NCBI GenBank assembly: GCA_028534125.1
Contig: CM052816.1
Location: 55,926,001-55,990,000, forward strand
Direction: 5' to 3'
DNA: 64,000 bases
Source of the DNA: Lama glama
Lineage: Eukaryota
In this document: positions 49,083-61,681 of the stretch, in pieces
Position numbering within the stretch: the first letter of the stretch is position 1
Layout of the letters: each line of letters starts with the position of its first letter
Translations under genes and position numbers: made by a program
The notes under the pieces: model-generated
The model's database searches: none
What the model was told of the DNA's origin: nothing
The model's input: the letters and a program-made list of their open reading frames with translations, nothing else

Positions 49083-49759
49083 AAAATCAAAACTAAAGTT
49101 TTCACAATCGTTAGGATGGCTATAATTAAAATAGAACACAACAGAAAATAACTTGTGTGATGAGGATGTGGAGAAACGAACCCTGCAGTTTCTGGTGGGA
49201 ATGTAAAATTGTACAGCCCCTACTGAAAAATTCTGGCAGTTTCTCAGTAGGCTAAAACATAGATTACCACATGACCTGCCAATTCCACTCTTAGGAAGCT
49301 GTGCCCCCCCAAAATTGAAAGCAGGTGTTAAAAACTGGTTCACAAATGTTTGTAGCAGCATTCTTCACAATAGCCACAAGGTAGAAACAACCCAAATGTC
49401 CCAGAGCCAGTGAATGGATAAACACAGTGTGATCTGTGCACACACTCCAATTTATTTGGCCATGAAAGGGAGTAAAGGACTGGTAGCTACTACAAGGTCG
49501 ATGGACCTTGAGAACGTGATGCTGAGTGAAAGAAGCCAGATGCAAAAAGCCACATACTATGTGATTTCATTTATGTGAAATATACAGAATAGACAAATTC
49601 ACAGGGACAAAGTGGATTAGTGGTTGCCAGGAGCCAGGTGTAGGGGAGAATAAGAATTATTGCTTAATGAGTTCGGGGTTTTTTTTGGGGGGGGGTGGTG
49701 ATGAAAACATTCTAGAACTAAATAATGGTGCTGTTTGCACAACATTGTGAATGTATTGA

Positions 49760-50431
49760 TGTTTCCTGTAGATGTAACCGGTTTCCAGGTTCTTTACCCA
49801 TCCCAGAAAGAATTCAGAGACAAGATGCAGAGGTTAAAAAAGTAAAGTGAGGATTTATTAAGGGATGGATAGTACATTCTCAAGGGGAGAGCATGCAGGC
49901 TCAGGTGAGAGGCTGCCCTGAGTTTCTTTGGCAAATTGGTTACATAGAATGTAAAAATGAATGGACAGAATATTCATTAGGGTGTGAAGGGTCTGGGGTC
50001 ATATTCCCTGATTTTCACCCCAACTCCACCTTTCCTAAGGGAGGAGGGATTTTTGTCCTTATTTATACTGGATTGGAAATGGCATGGCGTCAGTGCATGA
50101 TGAGTACTTCTAATCCGCACCACTAATTTTATTGAAATGAAAGCATACTGAGCAAAAGGTTACATTCAGACACTGGAGATTCCTGCCTTTTCCCACCTTT
50201 CTTTGTTGGCCTCCAGGCTGCTCATCACCCCAGGAACCTCTGGGCTAAGTGGTCACCTATCAGCCCAGCCCAGAGGTTCCTGCTTTTCTTTCTCTGCCGA
50301 GGGACCCCTGGTGCTTACCTGATGTATGGTTTCCTGCATTTGGCCCTTGTCCCTCCTTTTTGTCCAATTCTTGCCATTTGGCCTGTGTCCCCCTTTCTCT
50401 GCTCATATCTAGCTATCTGCCTGCTCTAAAA
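49760..50431 (-). mobile_element. ERV1-class solo LTR, about 670 bp
   Basis: Minus strand reads T(T)TTAGAGCAGGCAGATAGCTAGATATGAGCAG...AATAAA (TTTATT at 49854)...CAGGAAACA; 4-bp TSD TTGA/TTAA; removal restores the L1 3' UTR. Confidence 0.8.
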
Positions 50432-52493
50432 TTAATGCCACCGAATTTACACTTTAAAATGATAAATTTTATGCTACATGTATTTTGCCACAAGGAGAAA
50501 AACAATTGACAGCAAAGACCTCCATTAGGAAATATGTGATTGGTAGAACTGTGGGAAGTGGGGCGTGAGAGGAGTGGGTCAAGGATAATGTCCAAGTTTT
50601 TGACAATCATAATAACAGGGATGGTGATGCCATTTACCAAAATGGGAAATCCTAAAGGTCGAAATGAAAGATCATGAGTTCCCTTTTGGGCATGTTGAGA
50701 CTGAGATGCCAGAGAAACAGCTTAGCAAATTTCAGGAGGTCGGTCGGCTCCCTGGTATGTCTTCTTTCTGCTTGTTACCTCTATCTCCTCCTTGCTGACC
50801 TCCAGGCTTCCTGTCCCTGGGTCAGAAAAGAAAGTGTTGGGGAGGGAGTGTAAGAGGGTGGGGGAAAAGCCTTCCCAGGAACTCTGAGCTCGTGTCTCAT
50901 TGGTCAGATGAGGGTCACGTGGCTACCCTTTGCTGCAAGGGAATGTGGAAGACTAATTTTGCTGGGTGCATTGCCACACCGACACAAAATTGTGATTCAA
51001 TTTAAGAGGAAGAAACTGAAATGGATATCAAGTTGGCAAATATCAGTGTCCACCATAGGGTGTAATTAATGTCATGAGCAATTCCAGCAGAATTTGGAAA
51101 GGAAGCCTGGGAAATAATACTGAGTAGAGATTATTCCATATCCTCTTAATTTGTCATTGAGGCTGGTTGATTTCAATTCCTTTCATCTTTCCTCATAGTT
51201 CATTCATATTTCTCAAAAATTAATCATTTTAATACCTTTTCCCAAGTCACTTTGACTTTCCAACATCCCCTGTGAGCCCAGATTTGAAGGCGTTCATCTC
51301 ATAAAGGAAGAATAGTAAGCGGAAAGCAGCTTCCCTCAGCTGGGAAGTTCTGTCAGGTTAGGTGCGTTGGTGCTGTGCTCAAGGAAAGTAAAGTGAACCG
51401 CTCGGATGAAAGCTAAGTTCCTAACTTTCGTTTGACAAATAGGCTATTGACAACATACGAAGCCAGGAAGGTTCTCAGTCACCCATGATTTGGTGAAATA
51501 TTCATTCTCTTACTCTACCTCAGTTACAATTTTCATTGTTTTGGCTTTTCCTCAAAGATGGGAACATTTAAGAAGGAACACATTCAGCTCTTCATGAATA
51601 AGCCTAATCTAAGACAAATTTAGTTTTTTAAGTTACAAAAAAAAAAAGACATGCCATTTTTAAAATGTCAGCTAACATAAAATGACTGGAGTTTTACACT
51701 CCACTTTTGACACGTGAATACCCTTGGAAATATCAGGACTGAAATGTCTAGTGCTGTTCCAGCCACGCCCACTCAGAAGGGCGGTTAACAGAGGCAGACG
51801 CTGCCTCCTGGATGTAAGCCTACACTTGAGACTTGCTGTTTCGGGCAAGTGGTGTCATTTTCCTTTACTTGCCTCAAGAGACCAATGTTTAATGTTTGCT
51901 CTGTGACTCTAGGAGAAGGTATTACCTTTCTCTCCTATACCACGAGGCTCTGCTGCCTCATTTATAAAACATACAATCGTTCCTTTAGGTAATTCCACTT
52001 GTAAGCATTAAATTTCACTCTGCATTTTTTTCTCTTTGTTGTTTTACAGAAATAAAATTTAGGAATTAAAAAAGTGGCAGACGTAGCATAACAACCTGGA
52101 AGGAGCCCCACGCTCGGAGTCAGGATGCTGTGGTTCTTGTCCTGAAACTCCTAACAGATCTGGGCGAGTCCCTCCACTTGTCTGGGTATCTGTTTCCCTC
52201 ATCTGTTAAAAAAAAAAAAAAAGGACGGAAAAAAAAAGGTAGGGGGAAGGGTTGGAGGGAAGACTTCAATGGCTATTCCACAAGGCTCCTTCAAGCTTTA
52301 AATGCAAGTGTGCGAAAAATTTCTTACTATGGCTTAATTATTTGGATTTTTTTCAAAGTCGAAGATTTGGAGGTAAACAGCTAGTCCACTGGTTAAATGG
52401 CTTACCAACATCAGAGATAGCATCTTTTTTTCAGCTTTCTCGAGGTATAATTGACATAGAATAAACTCCACATAATTATGAAATGTGCAATTT

Positions 52494-52632
52494 TTTTTAA
52501 TTTTGGGGGGAGGTAATTAGGTTTGTTTGTTTACTTATTTATTTATTTATTTTGATGAAGGTACTGGGGATTGAACACAGGACCTTGTGCATGCTAGGCA
52601 TGCACTCTGCCACTGAGCTCTACCCTCCCCTC
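52494..52632 (-). mobile_element. tRNA-Ala-derived SINE (vic-1-like), full length
   Basis: Reverse reads GGGGAGGGTAGAGCTCAGTGGCAGAGTGCATGCCTAGCATGCACAAGGTCCTGTGTTCAATCCCCAGTACC; TSD TATGAAATGT(G/A)CAATTT at 52477-52493 and 52633-52649. Confidence 0.92.
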
Positions 52633-53665
52633 TATGAAATGTACAATTTGATGAATTTTTACATATGTATATATCCATGAAACCATCAGGACATTCATAA
52701 GAGTGAACATGTCCATCACCATCAAAAGTTTCTTCATCCCCTACTCCGTCACTTGCTGTCTCTCCTGACACTCCTCAAACAGCCTTTAATCTGCTCTCTG
52801 TCACTATAGCTTGTATTTTCTAGAATTTTATGTAAATAGAATCAACAGTATGTACTCTTCTAATCTGACTTCTCTTACTCAGTATTTTTGAGATTCATCC
52901 ATGTTGTAGCATCATATCTATAGTCCATTTCTTTTGTTTCTGAGCAACAGTCCATTGTATGGATGTCTCACAGGTTGTTTATCCACTTACTTATTGAAGG
53001 GCATTTGGTTTGTTTCCAGTTTTCGACTATTACAAATAAAGTTGCTGTGACCCTGTGTAAAAATCTCTGTATGGACATTTATTTCTTTTTCTCTTGGGTA
53101 AATACCTGGAAATAGATCTGCTAGATCATATGGAGATTAAATGTTTGATTTTTTTTTTTTTGAAGGAAGCTGCCAAACTATTTCCAGCATGGTTCCTCCA
53201 TTTTACATTCCACCAGCAGAGTATGAGAGTTCCAGTTCTTCATCCTTCATCCAACACTTGGTATGACTGTTTTTTGTTTGTTGTTTTTTAACTTTAGCCA
53301 TCCTACTACACGTATGGTGGTATCACATTGTGGTTTTAATTTGCATTTCCCGAACAGTGTTCTCTTTATGTGCTTATTTACATATATTTTCTTGGTGAAG
53401 TTTCTGTCTAAAACATTGCCCATTTTTTAAATTGGATTTTTGTTTTCTTATTATCAAATTTTGAAAGTTCTTTCTGTACTCTGGAAACAAGTCTTTTATC
53501 AGCTATGTGATTTGCAAATATCATCTCCCAGTATGTGACTTTTCTATTCATTTGCTTGCCTGTGTCTTTCAAAAAGTGGAAATTTTTTATTTTGGGGAGA
53601 TTCAACTTATAAATTATTTATTTTATGAATGATGCTTTTAGTTTTGGGTTAGAAATCTTTGTGTA

Positions 53666-53810
53666 GGGGAGGGTATAGGTCGAGTGGTAGAGCACATGCT
53701 TAGCATGCATGAGGTCCTGGGTTCAATCCCCAGTACCTCCACTGAAAAACTAAATAAATAAAACTAATTACCTCCCCTCTGCAAAAAAAAAAAAAAAGAC
53801 TGCATGGAAA
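53666..53810 (+). mobile_element. tRNA-Ala-derived SINE (vic-1-like), full length
   Basis: GGGGAGGGTATAGGTCGAGTGGTAGAGCACATGCTTAGCATGCATGAGGTCCTGGGTTCAATCCCCAGTACCTCCA plus tail; perfect 15-bp TSD AGAAATCTTTGTGTA (53651-53665, 53811-53825). Confidence 0.94.
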
Positions 53811-55359
53811 AGAAATCTTTGTGTAACCCAGTCACAAAGATTTCCTACATTTTCTTCTAGAAATTTTGTTTTTAATGTAGTTTCACATTTTACATTTAAG
53901 TCTAAAATCTATTTTGAGTTAATTTTGTATATAGTGTGAGGTATGGCTCAGATTTGACATTTTTCTTTTTGCGTATGGATATTCAATTGTTGCAGCATCA
54001 TTTGTTGAAAAGATGATCCTTCTTTGTTGTCCAGTATATATGTTAGCTTATTTCTGGTCTCTCCATTCAATTTCATTGATCTCTTTGTCTAGCTGTGTCA
54101 AAATCACCCTGTCTTGATTACTATAGCTTTATAATGTCTTGAAATTTGGTAATTTAAGTCCTACAATTTTTTTTCAAAGATGGTTGGCTATTTTTGGTCC
54201 TTTGCAGCACAATATGAATTTTAGAATTAATTTGTCAATTTCTACAAAAAAGCTTCCTGGGATTTTGGTTGAGATTCATCTAATCTATATATTGGGGAGG
54301 AATGGCATAACTGAGTCTTTAGACCCATGAACAGAGTTTATCTATCCATTTATTTGTATCTTTAAAATTTTCTTTCATTAATGTTTGTAGTATACAGATG
54401 TCGAACATTTTTGTTAGATCTATGCTTAAGTATTTCATATATTTTATGCTATTGTAATTGGTAATGTTTTTAAAATTTTCAATGTTTGATTTTCTATTGC
54501 TAGTATATAGAAATACAATTGATTTTTATAGGTTGTGCATGTATCTTGCACCCTTGCCAAACTCACTAATTTATTTTAGCAGGTTTTTGTATATTACACT
54601 GAGTTTTCTACAGATTATGTTGTATATAAATAGTTTTCTTTCTTTCTTTCCAATCTGGATGCTTTTTCTTTTCTTTTTTATTCATTTATTTATTTTTGCC
54701 TGTTTGCACTGCCCTCAAGGGCAATGTTGAATAGAAGTGTTGAGAGTGGTCATCTTTGTCCTGTTCCTGATCTTAGGAGGAAATATGGTGTTAGCTGTAC
54801 ATTTTTGTAAATGTCTTTTAGCAGGTTAAGGAAAACTTCTATTCCCTGTTTGCTGAGAGCTTATGTCAGAAATGGATGCTGAACTTTGTTAAATGTTTTC
54901 TTCTGCATTTATTGAGATGATCATAAAAAGTTGTTTGGTTTTTAGTTTGTTTATATGGTGAATTACATTGAGAGATTTTTCAGATGTTAAACCAATCTTG
55001 CATTTCTACTATCTGTTTAGAATTTTTGCATCTATATTCATGGGAGATATTAGACTGTAGTTTTTTCTGTTAATGTCTTTATCTGGTTTTAGTCTCAGGG
55101 TCATGTGGCTTCATAAAATGAATTAGGAAGTATTTTTCTCATCTTCAGTTTTTGGGGAAGAGTTTCTGTAGGATTAATCTTTCTTAAATGTTTGGTAGAA
55201 TTTATGAGCTAAGCCATCTGGACCATGTTAAATGGTCAATTCCATTTCTTCAGTAGATATAGGGTTATTCAGGTTATCTGTTTCTCTTTGAGTGAGCTTT
55301 TCTATGTGTCTCTCAAAGAATTTTTCCATTCCGGCTAAGCTACCAAATTTATTGGCATA

Positions 55360-56376
55360 GACTGACAAAGCTTTAATTTCTAGAATATACAAACAGCTCA
55401 TACAACTTAATAACAAAAAAACAAACAACCGAATCCAAAAGTGAGCAGAAGACCTAAACAAGCAATTCTCCAGTGAAGACATGCAAATGGCTAATAGGCA
55501 CATGAAAAAATGCTCAATATCGCTAATTATCAGAGAATGCAAATTAAAACTACAATGAACTATCACCTCACACCAGTCAGAATAGCCATCATTAAAAAGT
55601 CCACAAACAATAAATGCTGGAAAGGGTGTGGAGAAAAAGGAACCCTCCTACACCATTGGTGGGAATGTAGTTTGGTGCAACCATTAGGGAAAACAGTATG
55701 GTGATTTCTCAAAAAACTGAAAATAGACTTACCCTATGATCCATCAATCCCATTCCTGGGCATATACCTGGAAGGAACTCTAATTTGAAAAGATACATGC
55801 ACCCCAGTGTTCATAGCAGTGCTATATACAATAGCCAAGACATGGATACAACCTAAACGTCCATTGACAGATGACTGGATAAAGAAGTTGTGATATATTT
55901 ATGCAATGGACTATTACTCAGCCATAAAAACGAATAAAATAATGCCATTTCCAGCAACATGGATGGACCTGGAGATTGTCATTCTAAGTGAAATTTAAGC
56001 CAGAAAGAGTAAGATAAATACCACACAGTATCACTCATGTGGAATCTAAAAAAGAAAAAAGAAGACACTAATGAACTCATCTACAAAACAGAAACAGACT
56101 CACAGACATAGTAAACAATCTTATGGTTACTAGTGGGAAGGGATAAATTGGGAGTTCAAGATTTACAAATATTAACTACTATATATAAAAATAGATAAAA
56201 AAACAAATTTCTTCTGCATAGCACAGGGAACTATATTCAATATCTTATAATAACCTTTAATGAAAATGAATATATATATGTATATGCATGACTGGGACAT
56301 TGTGCTGTACACCAGAGATTGACTCATTATAACTGACTATATGTCAATTAAAAGAAAGAAGTATATATTAAAAAAG
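55360..56376 (+). mobile_element. Younger 5'-truncated L1 (ORF2 C-terminus + 3' UTR) nested in the old L1
   Basis: Translation [44 protein letters not shown] matches the L1 ORF2 Cys-rich region; perfect 13-bp TSD ATTTATTGGCATA (55347-55359, 56377-56389). Confidence 0.93.
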
Positions 56377-58937
56377 ATTTATTGGCATAAATTATTCATA
56401 ATATTCTATTATTATCCTTTTAATATCTGTAGAATCTGTGGTGACATCCCTTTTATTATTCTGGTCATTGGTAACTTTTGTCTTCTTTCTTTTTTTCCTA
56501 ATAAAATTTATCAATTACATGCATTGATTTTCCAATAGAACTGGCTTTTGGTTTCATTGATCTCTATATTTTTCTGTTTTCTATTTCATTGATTTCTGCT
56601 TTGCTATTTATTATTCCCTTTTTTTCTGCTTATTTTGGGTCTCATTGGCTCTTTTTCTAGGTTTTTTTTCCCTTAAGATGGGAGCTTACTCTATTATTTA
56701 AAAATCTTTCTTCTTTGCTGATACAGACACTATGATTTCCCCTCTGAGTACTATTTTGGTGGCATCCCATAAAGTTTGATGCATTGTTTTTCTTTTTTTA
56801 ATTCAAACTACTTTCTAATTTTTTTTATTTCTTTGATTATAATTATTTAGAGAACTGTTTGGTTTCCAAATATTTGGGGATTTTTTCTGGAAACTTTTCT
56901 GTTGTTAATTTCTAATTTAATTTCATGTGGTCAGGCAACATACCACAATCCATTTGGGTTTTTTCCCCAGCCTTAGGTGATTTTCTTACATGCAAGTGCT
57001 GATCAGCACTTGGCTGAAACTCAAGGAGAACCCTCTGTAGACCTCTGGATTTCTCTCTTTGTATGCTCTCTTTTCTCTGATGTTTTGTCCTGCAAAATTA
57101 TCTGCCATGTTTAGCTCAGTCTTAGTTCAGATTCTTAGCTCTGTCACCTCAATTCAGGAAGTCCCCTGGGCTCTACCTGAATTCCAATCCCCTTACCCCA
57201 CCACTGCCTCGAAACTCTTGTTAAGGCAGGAATCTGGGGGCAAACATAGGGCTCACATTTTTTCCCCAGCCTCTTATGTAACACTGTTTTTCATTGCCTG
57301 ATGTCCTAATGTCTTGAAATCTGTCCTTTCATATATTTTGTCCTCTTTCATGTTCTTTTCGGGTAGAAGGGTAAATTTGTTCCCTGTTCCTCCATCTTAG
57401 CCAGGAGCAGAAGTCCTTGGGGAGGGCTAGCTAGCATCTTAATTTTTCTCTTGAAACTTTCTCTTATGCTTGGAGCCTAATGATCACCAAATGACTGCTT
57501 AAATGTAAATTATCTTTACATTTAAGGCAGGATCTAATGACAACCGTGCTTCTCCATTTCATTATAAATGCAAGTATTTTTTCAAAATTTCCTAGCAAAC
57601 TTACCCTTATGTTTCATTGGCCATAATGAGACCATTCTTATCTGTGAGTCTGATAAAGCAGTGTTATTCCAATTGACTTAAGTTAAGTACGATTTATTAC
57701 TGGACATTTTGTCACTTGGAAGAACTAGAGAAGGAAAGGGAGGGGAACATAGGATATTGGTTAGATAACTAATAGGTTTTGATACTGAGGCAACCACCAG
57801 TTTCTTCTACACAAAGTAAAATCAGCGTCACTGCCCTGCACAGAGTCCACAGAGACGTTTCTGACAGTTGGCTGCTTTCCAGCCTTTCTATAGCTGATAT
57901 AAAGTTCCTGTGTCCCGAGGACCAGAGATAATACTCTAATGCTCTCTGAGGACTGCTTCTTACCTTCGTGGAGGTCTTTGAAACTCTAAAATATCAAACC
58001 AAGGAGAAATCCTCAATTAAATTGCTAATTGTTCAAGCCTCTCTAGTGAGATTTTCTGCTGTTTGCTTCTAAATAAGTTAAAACAGCAAGTGGACATACC
58101 ATCCACGTGATAATTACTTCATTAACTCAGAAGGTTTCTTACGGTGCACCTAAGGAGCCGTTGTCTTGTTTATCCTGTTTGGCTCGGCTCAGAGATGATC
58201 AGGGAGAATGGAGTGCCCTTTAATTCCTAGCGTTCTTCCCAGCAGTCGTGGCGCGGGGCTGCCAAGTTCCAGACAGACTGATGGTGTGGTTCACAAGCCT
58301 GCAAGCCCGAGTCCTAGGCCAAGGAGGCATTTCATTTGGCCAGGGAGGCACCCGTCTATGCGTGTATTTGGGCTTTCAGAGTTGGGTCACTGGCGGAGCC
58401 TCTGGGCGCTTAGGTGTTAACTTTACAGAAAAAGAAAAAGCAATTATTTTTACACCAACATTTTAAGTCCTAAGGTTGACTTACGAGTGTCAGGAAAAAG
58501 GGAAAGTAGTTCTTATCATCACCTCGTAAAGATAGACTTGACCTACTTTACAATTTAGTCGAGTAAAGATACCTGTGAAGTGAAGAGAGTCAAATATTCT
58601 CTTCCCTGGACACTCAAACTCATTCTCCATGGGGCTTACAAATTTTTGTTTCATGAAACAATTGGATGAGTTTTCAGCAGAATTTCCTGCTTAGGCCAAT
58701 ATGACTGAGAAAGATGCATGGGTCTTCAGTGTTAAGCATGGTGGTTGGGTGGTTAAGCATGAACTCTACAACTGAGCAAGGTCTGAGGATGGTTTGGTTG
58801 TGAGAGTCCTGGGGAAATAACTGGCTTGGGAGAAGACTGGAGGAGAGAGGTCTAGCTTGGAAGAGTACCTGGTTGGAGGAGGGGAAAGAAGGGATCCAAG
58901 GAGAATTAACAGACACTCCATTGAATATTACTTCTTA

Positions 58938-59325
58938 TATTAGTAAGGATGGGCTAAGTTATGCTGCAGTGACAAACAGCCCCAAAATCTCAAAGGCTTC
59001 ATACAGAAAAAGTTTATTTCTCTCTCAAGCAAATTCCTTTGTAACCCAGGCAACTCTCTAGGGCAGCTGTCCTCTGCATGGTGACTGAGTTGTCCAGGCT
59101 TCAATCTTTTGGACCTTACATCTCAGCTTAAGGCCTTCTCCATGATTGCCTCAGTGGGGCAAGAAAGAACCTGGAGAATCACTCATGGGCATTTCATTGT
59201 CTCAGCCTGGAAATGATGTGTGCCATTATATTGATCATCACAACTAGTCACATGGCTCTGTTCAACTTCAAGGACTACAAAAACTGAGAAGTGCAGTCTT
59301 CAATATGTCTAGACTAGAAAAGGAG
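58938..59325 (-). mobile_element. MLT1I/L-like MaLR LTR
   Basis: AGGATGGGCTAAGTTATGCTGCAGTGACAAACAGCCCCAAAATCTC...AAAGTTTATTTCTC...ACTAGTCACATGGC. Confidence 0.72.
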
Positions 59326-60599
59326 CCATTGGAATGTCAAATATACTACTCTAATTTGTAAAACTTCTCTTAAGGAAGAATTTGATGCCAAATTGTCCCC
59401 TAGTTCAGAATTTCTTTCCAGAAGGAGTTCAGGGGCAGCCTTACGATTGGAAGAAGTGTTAAGGGACTTACTGTGAAACTGCATTTACATAGCAAGAAAC
59501 AACTATATAGACTGAATATTTATTTCCGGCAACTTTGGAGGATGCTGGTGGAGGCTGTGAGTGAACAAAATCCCCCAGTTCCACGTCTTGCCCTCTCCCC
59601 TGCCTTGTCACTTACAGGGCCTGAGCTTCAAGTGTTTTAATGTGATTCAGTGAGCACGTGTGCATTTGGTACTAGCCGAAATCCAAAAAGGCGGGCCACC
59701 TATGGGCCCCCATGGGCAGGGAGGCCTGGGGAAGTGGTTCAGTCACCCATGAGACACTGGGTCCCACAACAGGGCACCTTTGTCTGTGCTGGTATCTTAT
59801 TTCAACCTCTGTTTCCTACAAACATCAGGAATTCCACACGTTGCCATCCCAATAATGCATCTTCTCAGAAAACGCCACAGGAAAAGTGCAATCAACAGAT
59901 TAGATTACTGCTGTGAGCCTTGGAGCTCATCTCCGGTTAGGAGTGGGTCTGTGCCTTTGTGTCTGAAAGAGCAGGAGAGCAGAGAGGAGCACTTACGCGG
60001 TTTTCTCAGCGGGAATGTGACGGCTAAGTACTCAACCCAATCAATGAATTGGGAGGAGGGCAGGCAGGAAGACATCCAGCCAAATGATTCCCAGCCTCTC
60101 CAGACTGGCTCTTACCAGTCTAGTGATTCAAATCAAATCACAGAGGGGCTGATGACAGTGGAGTTTCATCATCCGAAACAGCCACGTTGGCCCTCTAGGC
60201 AGCATCGTCAACCACTTTCCAACCTGCCAAATATAGTAACCAGATACTGGTGTTGTGCCAGATCTTCTCAAGGCTCAGTCTGCTTGATATCAAAACTGTG
60301 ATATCTTACGGGCTTGCCTAAGGTAAATTAAGAGCAAATAAATTTGTCGTTTGTGTTCCTTTTGTGCTAGTCCCCAGATAAGTGGACCATCCCTCCTCCT
60401 ATGTGCTAACTCACCCAGGAGGACCCTCTCTCATTATGATGCCCAGTCTTGAAATTTTCTGTTTAGATGTTCCTGTCTTGGTTTCATTGCCTCAGCAGAA
60501 TCTCTGTTATCTGGAAAACTATTCTGGCAAGTGGCTAGTAATTAACAAGTTTTCTGCCTTATCAATTAATAAATCAATTATTCAAATCAATTAATTAAT

Positions 60600-61010
60600 T
60601 TTAATTCTTCAAATATATTGGTCTATCCATTTATCTATGTTCCCTTCTCTATTCAATAAAAAATTTTTTTAGACAAAATACTATATGTAAAGTATTCTGT
60701 TGGTGCCATGGGGGACTGTGGAAAAAAGCTTGATAAAATGGAGCTAGTAAAAGGTATCTAAGGGTTTCTGGGGAGGACACCAACAATGACTGTGCTAGGT
60801 GACACTTAAGCTGCCGTTGGAATGATAAGGAAAAGCTAGTCGTGCCAAATACAGAGAAAGGTGAGCTTGACGAGTCTAGGTCCTAGGCAGAAGGTCAGTG
60901 GGCCAGGACTGTAGGATGTGAAGGGTGGTTTTGGAGAGATCAGATCATGCAGAACTTTGTCAGCTGGGAATGGCATTCAGAAGACATCGGTTGTTTTAAG
61001 CAGGGAGCAC
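60600..61010 (-). mobile_element. L2 remnant
   Basis: GGTGACACTTAAGCTG...CAGATCATGCAGAACTTTGT...GTTTTAAGCAGGGAG. Confidence 0.5.
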
Positions 61011-61054
61011 ATGGTTGAATATTCTGGGTTTTTCTGATGTGAGGCCATCTCTGG

Positions 61055-61240
61055 CCTACAGTTGCCTTCCATTTATAGTGTGACACTACTTTTGCCATTT
61101 AAGATAATATAAAGTTGCCTTTTAAAATAAATGTATTTAAGGAAATAGAGGAGAGCCTTAACAAAATATCAAGTAGATAATAAAGGAATAGCAAAAACCA
61201 GAAACGTGGTCCCTGAATGATTAAAGTTAGGGAAACACTG
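61055..61240 (+). mobile_element. MER113-like hAT-Charlie terminal fragment
   Basis: AGTTGCCTTCCATTTATAG...TTTTAAAATAAATGTATTTAAG...GTGGTCCCTGAATGATTAAAGTTAGGGAAACACTG. Confidence 0.6.
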
Positions 61241-61554
61241 CCCTTAGGCAGCACGGAATGGAACAATGTATTTGCATACCAACCTGCTTAGGAGACTGGA
61301 TGCGGACTTTGCCAAGGATTTGAGAAGACAACAGGCTAGAAAAAGAGGCGGGCGTGGCTCTGCTCCGTGTTGTTCTAAAAGCCCTGAGTGTCCATATAAA
61401 GGTAGCACAGAATGTCCCTCATCTCCTGGATCACGTGACTGGTGTGGTGGCCAGAAAGCATCTAGGCTCCTAGCCCCTCCCACACACCATTCACATGCCA
61501 GTCATTGGCTCCTCAAGACACTGCACTTTAATTGAACTTCTAAGTCACTCTCTC

Positions 61555-61681
61555 TTTTTTTTTTTGCTATTTTATTTTGGAAGTGAGGGGAAGGGAGGTA
61601 ATTAGGTTTATTTATTTATTTACTTTTTAGAGGAGATACTGGAGATTGAACCCAGGACCTCATGCATGCTAAGCATGCACT
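61555..61681 (-). mobile_element. tRNA-Ala-derived SINE (vic-1-like), 5'-truncated
   Basis: GGGAGGTAATTAGGTTTATTTATTTATT...GATTGAACCCAGGACCTCATGCATGCTAAGCATGCAC; A-box missing. Confidence 0.9.

Larger units (their letters stand above)
48665..50505 (+). mobile_element. L1MB-like 3' part, interrupted by (TA)n and an LTR
   Basis: AAAAGCACAAGCAACCAAAGAAAA...AATAGACATTTCCCCAGAGAAG...GATGCTGAGTGAAAGAAGCCAGA...AACATTGTGAATGTA | TTAATGCCACCGAATTTACACTTTAAAATG. Confidence 0.85.
52430..57415 (-). mobile_element. Old L1M element (3' end at 52.4 kb, ORF2 remnants, 5'-region fragment about 56950-57415) hosting two SINEs and one younger L1
   Basis: GAGGTATAATTGACATA...GAGATTCATCCATGTTGTAGC...ACATTCCACCAGCAG...AATGTTGAATAGAAGTG...TTTCTATTTCATTGATTTCTGC. 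Confidence 0.88.

Noticed and set aside
48801..49361. 186-aa minus-strand ORF
   Set aside because: Antisense L1 plus (TA)n repeat with a non-ATG start; not a gene.
53666..53741. tRNA-Ala(AGC)-like gene
   Set aside because: Has a SINE tail, poly(A) and TSD, with related copies elsewhere in the window; it is a SINE, not a tRNA gene.
59780..60301. 173-aa ORF in non-repetitive DNA
   Set aside because: TTG start, no recognisable domain or supporting gene structure; a length reachable by chance in 64 kb.
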